Part shown: positions 38,221 through 47,300 of the stretch, piece by piece
Position numbering within the stretch: the first letter of the stretch is position 1
Layout of the letters: each line of letters begins with the position of its first letter
Origin: an uncultured virus (IMG/VR IMGVR_UViG_3300034101_003746)
Taxonomy: Duplodnaviria > Heunggongvirae > Uroviricota > Caudoviricetes
Virus record (IMG/VR): IMGVR_UViG_3300034101_003746
Reading direction: 5' to 3' (one strand)
DNA: 64,000 nt
Position numbers and translations under genes: made by a program
Notes under the pieces: generated by a model
Seen by the model: only the letters and a program-made list of their open reading frames with translations
What the model was told of the DNA's origin: nothing
Databases searched by the model: none

Positions 38221-40044
38221 TTAAAATATTTTAGATATTATATTGTATTGACCATCTATGATGATAGATGTATGAGGTGATACGTTGCTGTATGTTCCAG
38301 TTGAATATACTATCGTAGTGCGGTTAGACGATGAAATGCCCGGAGAAGTACCAGTGGTATTATGTAATTTCACTGTATCTAAGAAAATATCTCTGAATGT
38401 ACCGTTATTTTCACATACTATAGGTGTGCCAGAAGTCACTAGTCTAACATTTCTAAGTACTGGACCAGCACCAGGGGTACTATAGTTAAATATTACACAT
38501 GGACCGGTTAAATCATTATTCAAATTTACTCCACGATATGAGAATCCGGCGGCAGCTGTAATTCTCATAACTGTATCGGCTGAATTTCCAACTACAGTCC
38601 ACAGATCTAGCGTCACCCCTCCAGTAGTATTACAATTTAAAAACTGTTTGCATGTAATGCTATGAGACCGTCTAACTACAAGACCTCCAGATCCGGTTAG
38701 ATTGAATGCATTAGCGGTTGGTATGTTTATAGTATTAAAGATTAAATTTAATGAACCTCCACTAATTGCGAATAGAGTGCCAGTAGAAGTTCCACCAACA
38801 GTATTAATTTCTAACTGTAAAGATCCATTACTCTGTGAAAGAATGCCCGATGAATTTACTATGGTAAAATTAGCATATCCATTTACTAATTTTGTTTCGT
38901 TCACAGTTAAACTAAATGCGGATGGTGCTGAAACGCTAATATTAACATCTGATTCAAAATATATATTGCCTTTTCCATTTAATGATATCTGATTGGCTAC
39001 AGCATAGTTGCCATTGCGAACATAAACTAAATCAGCTCCGCCTTCTGGTGTAATAGTCGTGGTATTAGATCCAACTCCAGATCCACTAGTTGATGTTGGA
39101 TATGTAAAATTATCTTTATCTAATACTGCAATTTCTACTCCACTAACATTAAGTGGAGAGTTACCGTTTCCTGTCACTGTTATTCGTCTGCCAGTCAACA
39201 AACCATGATTTTGTAAACTAACAGTTGCAGTATTTCCATTTAATGTAATTAACGCGCCATCAATAATGATAGTCGTACCAACCGAAGCATTTACAGCAGC
39301 TTCAATTGTCTTGAATGGAAATGCTTCAGCATATTTTGATAGTTGACCTCTGCTGTCATTTCCAACAATCGAATCAACGAATACCGTCTTACCGGTTGGA
39401 TAAAATTCTGGAGTTTCTGAAACCGCTAGTTGTAAACTTGCAATATCAAGGTTAATGTTATCAAGTTCAGTTCTAAGACCTATTATGCTATTTGTATTGA
39501 TATAACCATCAGTAGTATCTGCAATTGCAATTGTTCCTGATCGACTTGGTAATGAAATATTATATAGTTGTCCTTGATTGTATCTAGGAGATAATGTGGC
39601 AAATGGAATATCTGCACTTGTTTGACCGTCTGTAATTCTTTTAAACCACGTTAATTTACCAACATCTTTATCGATTGCTAGTTTTAATTCTCCATTGCCT
39701 TGAAAGCCGTGAGAATAGTCTCCATTAATCGTATCAGAAAGAGCACCAAATGTGTTTATGCTTTTGGCATATACACCAACATATGGACATTCTTCGGTCG
39801 GAATTGTGTTTAACGATGTTACATTTATAGAACCATACATATCGCGTTTAACGACAGTATTGGGTATAGGCATAATTGAAGCATCATCTTGACCATATAT
39901 CTTTATTTGGTTATCATTATTTTTATAAAATAATAAACCATCAGTATAGTTTAATGCAACTTCTCCATAATCTAGAAATGCAGCTTGCGGTATTGCTCCT
40001 GTTACAGAACTATTTTTTAAAATGACTTTATTGTAAGCTGGCAT
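38221..40044 (-). CDS. Tailspike with Mtd-type N-terminal anchor and beta-helix
   Basis: ILKNSSVTG.IP...GEVALNYTDGLLFYK; GKTVFVD..PFKTIEAAV, interrupted by an NHGL.TG..ITVTG beta-barrel insertion. Confidence 0.75.
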   Translation of the reverse strand: MPAYNKVILKNSSVTGAIPQAAFLDYGEVALNYTDGLLFYKNNDNQIKIYGQDDASIMPIPNTVVKRDMYGSINVTSLNTIPTEECPYVGVYAKSINTFGALSDTINGDYSHGFQGNGELKLAIDKDVGKLTWFKRITDGQTSADIPFATLSPRYNQGQLYNISLPSRSGTIAIADTTDGYINTNSIIGLRTELDNINLDIASLQLAVSETPEFYPTGKTVFVDSIVGNDSRGQLSKYAEAFPFKTIEAAVNASVGTTIIIDGALITLNGNTATVSLQNHGLLTGRRITVTGNGNSPLNVSGVEIAVLDKDNFTYPTSTSGSGVGSNTTTITPEGGADLVYVRNGNYAVANQISLNGKGNIYFESDVNISVSAPSAFSLTVNETKLVNGYANFTIVNSSGILSQSNGSLQLEINTVGGTSTGTLFAISGGSLNLIFNTINIPTANAFNLTGSGGLVVRRSHSITCKQFLNCNTTGGVTLDLWTVVGNSADTVMRITAAAGFSYRGVNLNNDLTGPCVIFNYSTPGAGPVLRNVRLVTSGTPIVCENNGTFRDIFLDTVKLHNTTGTSPGISSSNRTTIVYSTGTYSNVSPHTSIIIDGQYNIISKIF

Positions 40045-40047
40045 ATA

Positions 40048-43000
40048 TTACTTAATACGGGTAAAGTTAGAACGATAGTATGATTCTGGAAGATTAGGAT
40101 CTATCATATATTTATTATGACCAGCAAAGTATAATCTGCCATCATTTAGATGAAGTACTGTATATTTACCATCACGTCTATAGTTACTTATAGACTGTAT
40201 ATCTATAATTTTTTCTATTATATCAGATGATAAATCAATTTCGGTAAAGGTGTTGAGTTGTTCGTTTGAACCAATGCCGCTTTCAAAATTTGAATTTTGT
40301 CCAGCCGCGAACAGATAATATTTGTTATTTTCTTCTTTATATGCTTTTATAAAATTAACAGTATTGCGATTATAACCGTTTCCACAATAAAAATCGCTAA
40401 TTAAAAATCCATTATTTGATAATTCAGTTTCCACAAATATATTATTTGTACTGGAACCTTGTGAACCACCAAATTTTCCATTCGTATTATTTCCAATGCA
40501 CCATAATTCAGTTACGAGTTCTCTATTATTATCTATATTATAAACTTTAACGCTGTTTGTACCGGGAGAGCCAACGATAACGCGAGTGCCATTAGAATTT
40601 AGATAGACTGAAGCTCCAAAATCTTCATTAACAGTAGATGTTCCATCAATATTATTAGCAGCTCTAAGCCAATTATTACCCATTAATCCATATATTTGAA
40701 CTTGACCTGAAGTAGTTCCAGTCAATGAACTAATATTATTTGGTGCACCTATCGCAATACGAGATCCATCGCTATTTAAACATATAGAAGCGCCAAATTC
40801 ATTTTGTGACGTTTCACTATTGATATCAGAACCAATCTGTGTCCAATTTTGATTGATTAATTCGTGCGCTCTAACTACTGTATTTGTTGACGTCAAACGA
40901 GCAGAATATGCTAAACGATTTCCATCACCACTAAATGATAGTGTTCTTCCAATTTCTTCTCTAGACTGTCCGTAAATTGTTGAACCAAGCTGTTCCCAGT
41001 TTGTTCCATTCAATCTGAAAACACGAATTGCCCCGCGATTATCTCCCCAATAATCTCGTAACCACCATCTACGATATGAAAAGTTATTTGTATATTTTCT
41101 TAAGATAGAATTTGGTGAATTTCCATTATTTCCAGGAGCACTAATCGCTATACGATCTCCAACAGAATTTAATTTGATAGCATATCCAAAACTATCATAT
41201 CTAGAAGACACTGATATTTTTCCTGCTCCGGCACTGGTATTTCCATGATTGACCCATACTTTATCGACAGTAAGAGTGTATATTTTTACTCGTCCGTAAT
41301 CGGTATTTATAAAAGATGATGTATATTGAGTGTAATTTGGAATGCCTATTGCAATAACTGTTCCAGCATAGTTTAATGAAAGTGTTCCGTCATACAAGCC
41401 TAATTGTTCTTTTGGATCACCTATGATATCACTTCCAACCTGACTCCAAATATTTCCAAGACATTCATATACTCTAACAAGCCCATTATCAACGTTTCCG
41501 TTATTTCCACCCGTGTCATAGCTAGGACTGCTAATTGCTATACGATCTCCGTTTCCGCTAATCGCAACACATGTACCAAAGCTTTCATTTCTTGTTGAGT
41601 TTGGCGATGATAAAATGTTTCCGTATTGTTGCCATTGATTTGCAACTAATTTATATACTGCAACTCTGCTTCCAGTTTGAGTGATTGCTCCACCAAATAC
41701 TATTGTATTTCCATCATCGCTGATAGCAACGCTTCGACCGGCGCTAGTAGAACTATTTCCAGTTATACTTAACGTGTTAGACAGCTGCGAAATAACATTG
41801 TATGATTGGCATAAAACATATGTTGCTGCGATTGCAAGACTATTAGTAGTATATACCTTGTTAATAATTTTTTCAAACAATGGATTGTTAGTTGGATTTT
41901 TTGCATCCCAAACAAGTTTTGGCTCGCCAACGATTTCAGTTGAACCATCGCCGATTAAACCTCCAGATCCCCATGCATATAGTTTACTGCCATCTTCTGT
42001 TAAGAGATATGCGTTTTGATGCATTCCTTGTCCACTTGCAAATAATTTACAATTTGTAAGATTTATGAATTGTCCTGGATTTTGTGGATCAGGAATATCA
42101 ATGCCATTATTATTAAATGCGCTATTTGTTTCACTTTGACTGTCATCACCTCTAAGTCTTTGATAGCCATATCCTGCCATACGCAGTTTACCGTCTAAAG
42201 TGATTACTAGTATAGTTTCGTATGACTGCATCGCTCCACCTGGGTTTAATGCATCTCCGCCGACTAGAATCGCATCATTCACAGTTGCGCCGTTCAACAC
42301 TGGAGCAGTTTCTCCATTTGGTTTAGACGAAGTTGAAATAGTCGTAGTATTTCCATTTACTCCATATCTGTTTATTCCTGCAATCCAAAGACGATTTGAA
42401 GTATCAATTACTGCTATAGTACTAATTTGTAGAGGTTCGCTTGATACTATTACGCGTTTAATTTTATTCGTCGAACCATTATATGTGTATAACGGAGTAA
42501 ATGCCTTTTTCCAAGTTTTTGATGAAGAAGAATATGGTATGCAGTTAAACATATTGCCACGATTTTGACCCATAAACCACAATTCTCCAACAGTGTCGAG
42601 TACAATCAGACTATCGTATGTAATGTATAGTTTATCTGCTTTACGATTATCTGGCAAATGCAATTCAGTATGTCCGTACTTATCAGCATATCCAAATCTA
42701 TTTCCAGTATTATCTCCATTTACAACAATTGTACCGATATCAGTGATATAGCAAAAATCAGAATTATTTCCAGTTGAAGTATATCTAGAACTAGCATATT
42801 TTTCTGCTAGCTTGACTGCTGGTCCTTTACGACGCAATAATTCATTAACGTATTCTTCAGTTGCAATACGCTTTCTTAGTATTGGATCAGATCCTTCGTA
42901 TAGTGCTGAGGTAACTGAATCCCATGAGGGTGCACCCACCGATAATTTATCAGGAGATACCGAATTTATTTGAAGTTTATCCTGTGATATAGAACGGTCT

Positions 43001-44139
43001 GCTATACCCAATTCTCTAGACTGATTTACGACTAACGTGTTGTCATAATTTAAATTGATGGTCGTATTACCACCAGTTAACATATCAATGTTTTCAATAG
43101 ATTCTCCATCTTTCGTAAATGTTAACACGTTACCACGATTTACAAAAGTATTTACTACAGCATCTTTTGTAGCTTTAATTATATAGAACGCTGAAGTATA
43201 TGGTTGTATATTATTATGTGCTGTTCCAGGACCAGTAGTATTTGGAGGATTGAGTGTATAGATGAGGTCTCCAGTTTCGCTGCTAACTACTTTATTAGAA
43301 CGAACTGGCAATTCGTTTGTAATCAATCCATGATTATATTTTCCTCCAGTGCTGCCTATAGTAAAGTTTTTAGATTCAGTTCCATCATTTCCCAAACCAG
43401 ATCCAACCAAAACTCGACCATTTAAATTCGGCAAAGTATAAAACCAACTGGCATTATATCTCACCGATGACGCTTCTATATTACCTGTGCGAGTAGTATA
43501 TATTTTTCCATAGGTATTTAATAGTGCCTTTGCTAAATCTGGATAATCTTCACCCTTAAAACGTTCTCCCGAACACTGCAACCAACCAGTTGGCGCTGAA
43601 CTAATAGACTGTGAAATTATAGAACCAACTGGTAATATTTCGTTTACTGTTAGTATTTTTGTGGTTCCTTCTTGCTTTACGATGTCAACTATGCTGTTAT
43701 AACTTTGCCATGATAGCGAGTTACCACTTTTAATTAAAATGCTGTTTTCGCTTGGGTTTACTGTAGGTAAAATATAATTAATATCACCCAGTTTTATATT
43801 AGGGCCAGTGTTATCTAGTCTATCTACCTTTAGAAAATCAATGCATATGCCTGAACCATCATTATAAATTCCAGCGTTGCCAACCTTTAATATAGGTGAT
43901 TTTTTAGTTCCAGATTCAAAGGTTTTTACTCCAGTTATCGTTTGTTTTTCTCCAATGAATAGAGTAGATGGAATTCCATTAGAATAGAATGGATCTATTC
44001 TAGAGTCAACACTTATAAGCTTTTCTATTATACCATTCGTCTTTTTTCTCCAGGTATCAAATGTATCACTCGTATTAATACCGTTGACAGCATTATTAGA
44101 AAATTCTTCAAAATTTATAAATTGTGTTTTATCCATCAC
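40048..44139 (-). CDS. Short-tail-fibre-like protein: tail collar, RCC1-like and FG-GAP-like propellers
   Basis: DTFDTWRKKTN baseplate anchor; PVGSII..PTGWLQC..YPDL..LPNL.GR..HNNIQPY..YIIKA collar; propeller repeats. Confidence 0.8.
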   Translation of the reverse strand: MMDKTQFINFEEFSNNAVNGINTSDTFDTWRKKTNGIIEKLISVDSRIDPFYSNGIPSTLFIGEKQTITGVKTFESGTKKSPILKVGNAGIYNDGSGICIDFLKVDRLDNTGPNIKLGDINYILPTVNPSENSILIKSGNSLSWQSYNSIVDIVKQEGTTKILTVNEILPVGSIISQSISSAPTGWLQCSGERFKGEDYPDLAKALLNTYGKIYTTRTGNIEASSVRYNASWFYTLPNLNGRVLVGSGLGNDGTESKNFTIGSTGGKYNHGLITNELPVRSNKVVSSETGDLIYTLNPPNTTGPGTAHNNIQPYTSAFYIIKATKDAVVNTFVNRGNVLTFTKDGESIENIDMLTGGNTTINLNYDNTLVVNQSRELGIADRSISQDKLQINSVSPDKLSVGAPSWDSVTSALYEGSDPILRKRIATEEYVNELLRRKGPAVKLAEKYASSRYTSTGNNSDFCYITDIGTIVVNGDNTGNRFGYADKYGHTELHLPDNRKADKLYITYDSLIVLDTVGELWFMGQNRGNMFNCIPYSSSSKTWKKAFTPLYTYNGSTNKIKRVIVSSEPLQISTIAVIDTSNRLWIAGINRYGVNGNTTTISTSSKPNGETAPVLNGATVNDAILVGGDALNPGGAMQSYETILVITLDGKLRMAGYGYQRLRGDDSQSETNSAFNNNGIDIPDPQNPGQFINLTNCKLFASGQGMHQNAYLLTEDGSKLYAWGSGGLIGDGSTEIVGEPKLVWDAKNPTNNPLFEKIINKVYTTNSLAIAATYVLCQSYNVISQLSNTLSITGNSSTSAGRSVAISDDGNTIVFGGAITQTGSRVAVYKLVANQWQQYGNILSSPNSTRNESFGTCVAISGNGDRIAISSPSYDTGGNNGNVDNGLVRVYECLGNIWSQVGSDIIGDPKEQLGLYDGTLSLNYAGTVIAIGIPNYTQYTSSFINTDYGRVKIYTLTVDKVWVNHGNTSAGAGKISVSSRYDSFGYAIKLNSVGDRIAISAPGNNGNSPNSILRKYTNNFSYRRWWLRDYWGDNRGAIRVFRLNGTNWEQLGSTIYGQSREEIGRTLSFSGDGNRLAYSARLTSTNTVVRAHELINQNWTQIGSDINSETSQNEFGASICLNSDGSRIAIGAPNNISSLTGTTSGQVQIYGLMGNNWLRAANNIDGTSTVNEDFGASVYLNSNGTRVIVGSPGTNSVKVYNIDNNRELVTELWCIGNNTNGKFGGSQGSSTNNIFVETELSNNGFLISDFYCGNGYNRNTVNFIKAYKEENNKYYLFAAGQNSNFESGIGSNEQLNTFTEIDLSSDIIEKIIDIQSISNYRRDGKYTVLHLNDGRLYFAGHNKYMIDPNLPESYYRSNFTRIK

Positions 44140-44368
44140 TATTACTATTTATGTCTTTTTTATTTAAGATATTTATTATTTCATTTTTCCACTTTAATAG
44201 CTCTTCAACCTGTTCCTTTAAATCTTCTATAGTTTTTTTATTTTCTATAATATTTTTTTTACGATTGACTGCATAATTATATGCAGTCGTATCACAATTT
44301 AAGATGGCGCCAGAAAAGGTATCTCTTTCAAGCGAATTATTTTCTGTAACTTTAACTTTTCTTGACAT
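44129..44368 (-). CDS. Small coiled-coil protein typical after DUF4815 genes in T4-like phages
   Basis: LERD..SGAILN motif plus coiled coil; synteny. Confidence 0.65.
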   Translation of the reverse strand: MSRKVKVTENNSLERDTFSGAILNCDTTAYNYAVNRKKNIIENKKTIEDLKEQVEELLKWKNEIINILNKKDINSNSDG

Positions 44369-44370
44369 AC

Positions 44371-47300
44371 TTAGATTGTTGCGATTGCTCTAAAGTCACG
44401 AACCGTTGGGATATCTACAATATTATTCGATAGCAATACTATTTTAACTTGGAATGAAATAAAATCAGTTAATGGATTTACTACATATTCTGCTTCTTTA
44501 TAGTCTTTAGAATTTGAAGATACTGGAAGAGTTGTCGTAGGAGTCACTAATTCCCAATCTAATAAATCATCTGAAGTAAATTTATCATAACCAAATTTTA
44601 CATACACGTTAATATTCGTATTTTCAGTTGGTCGATTGGCTGATAGATATATGTTTAATCTATCAGAAGGATTATTTAAGTTAACTTTACGAGTTATATA
44701 TCGAGCTTTCGCGTTGCCGACTAAAGTACTGATATTATCAACGATGATATATTCACTTGTAGCATTCAAATTAACAGATGATGCTGGAGAAAACGTTAAC
44801 GTATCATTAGTATTGCTAACAATGGTAAATTGTTGCCCGCTACCAGTTCCACCAGTTATTTTTAACTTACTTGGTTTAATCGTACGCCATTCATTTGTCG
44901 TCCACTGTTTTTTAGTATCAGTTAGTGTTGTAGTATTGCCAGCAGTAGCGATAGAATTTACATGAACTTGTACTCCTTCTTTTTGCGAATCATCATTGAT
45001 GATGTTTGCAATCGTAAGCAATGACGTTCCATCAAGATCAATAACTGGAGATATTGAATCATCACTAGTAAACAACTTAGAAGTTATTGTTACAGTTCGG
45101 TTGCTATCATTTGTCAATATATTGCTATTAGTTGGCAAATATGTATTTGGTATATTATATGTTTCGTTATTTTTAATATAAATTTCGTCTTCTCCACCAA
45201 ATGATATTCTATTTGTTAGTGATGTAGAACTTGGTATCATGCTTGATTGTTTTAAATTATACATCGATACTGGAACAGATTCTAAAAATGCTGCAGCTGC
45301 AGCTGGCGCATCTCCAATACCAGGGCCGCCACCATCAATGACATTTGTAATACTAACTATTGGAGGAAGAGTATATCCCGATCCTCTATTAGTTATCTTA
45401 ATGTTTGTCAATTTTTGAGTGATTGGGTCAATTTCAGCTTCTGCTGTCGCTGCTATCGGAGTAGCTTCTTCATCTCCATTAGGAGCAATCAACACTATTG
45501 GAGGTCTTGTATATTTAGACCCTCTACCATCATTTCCACTTCCATCATCGACAAATTCTATTTTACTTATTCCAGTGTGTAGAGTGCGTTCAAATTGTAC
45601 TTCACCAGATGCTGGCATATTATTACTTGTTGGAGATTTAAACTTAGCCCTTCTAAGTTTAAATTTTAAATCACGATCTTGATATGCAGTCCACGTTTGA
45701 GAATTAGAACTTGTAAAGAATACTCCGAGATAGTCTTGCTGTATAATTGGAGCTCCAGTTGATGTATCTTTTTTGCCATATATGCAATAATAACATTCAT
45801 ACGCGGGATCAAATGATTGTATATAGATGCAATATTCATCGTTTGATTTTAAGAATATTGGATTTTTAAATGTAAATGTTGTTGCCAGTGATGCATCATC
45901 ACTAATGTTTACCTCAGTTGGTAATTTTTCAACTACAGAATATGGAACTATCGTATTTGTAGGATATCCATTTTTCATAGTAAGAATTGATATCCAAACA
46001 GGAGCAGTTGTACCCTTTTTAGAGAAATATAAATCGACAGAAGTTACAAATACACCTTCTTTAAATGTATTGCTTTCAATTACGAATGATTGCGCAAGCG
46101 GGTCTTTATATGTAACGGTATTAATATCAACCTGAATGTGTTGATCAAATACTGTTCTTTTTTCTGTAAGATTTTGTACGTTAAACTGTGGTACCTTGGT
46201 AGAAATTATCGACTCCTGAGAAATCGAAGACATTCCGTATGCAGTATATATTGCTTCGCCGTATGTGTTTGTGTCTTCTTCATCATTGCGTTTATCATCA
46301 ACAAGTCTAAATATTCTTTCTCCAGTATTAAACTTTAAAATATTATTATTTGGTATAATAAATGAACCATATAACGAACCATTTTCATCTGTAAAAAGTT
46401 CGTCAGAAAATTGTGTTCTTGGAGTAATTCCATCCCATTTTGCTGGAATTCCAAATGAGTTCAACGGAATTCCAGGTAAGTTAACTGGTAATTTATCAGG
46501 AGTTAGATCTTTAAACTCTTGTATTGCAGATGAAATTTTAGCTTGATCTGCTGGTGTTATAAATGCAGATGACTGCAAACGTTGAGTATATCCAGATATA
46601 TCCTTTTTATCAAAAAATGGATATAAACGAGTATTTGGTAAAAATCCAGTAGCCGCAAAATAAACTCGACGAGAGCGTATATATGGAATTATTGAAACTT
46701 CTCGTAAATATTCTCCAATTGATTGATTGACATTTGACGATGTTAATGTTGTTAAAGTTCCAGTTCTGCTCTGGTCAAGTTGGAAATCTTCTGTAGTCGT
46801 AGTCGTAGTCGTAACAGTACGATTAACATTTGGTTTTTTTGGATCTGGACCGTTTTTCTTGACTACATCTACATCAACAGTTTTATTGAGAAGCGTAGTT
46901 CTGTATGTTTCCCAGTGTTGATAATCATAGCCTAATATATCCACATCCGGGTCAGATGCAATATATTTAATTGCATCAAATGCAGAATCATCTTGTATTA
47001 TAAGGTCTGGCTGTACAGTCGTTTCTTTCCAGTTATCTGAACTTGGAGATAATACAATATTACCTTCAACCTTTGCTAGAAGGTGAGGTTGAACACTTAT
47101 CGTATTTGTAGATTGCAACTGAGAGATAAGATCAACTTCATCATAGTTTAACGTAATAATACTGTGATGAATTTTTAATTTATTGCTGTCTATCAACCCA
47201 TTGATAACATCTGATTTAATACGCATATCGATGTTTTGCGTTTTAGTTAGTGGTCGTAAAACATTATTTTTTCGATCTACCGAACACTTATATTGTTTAT

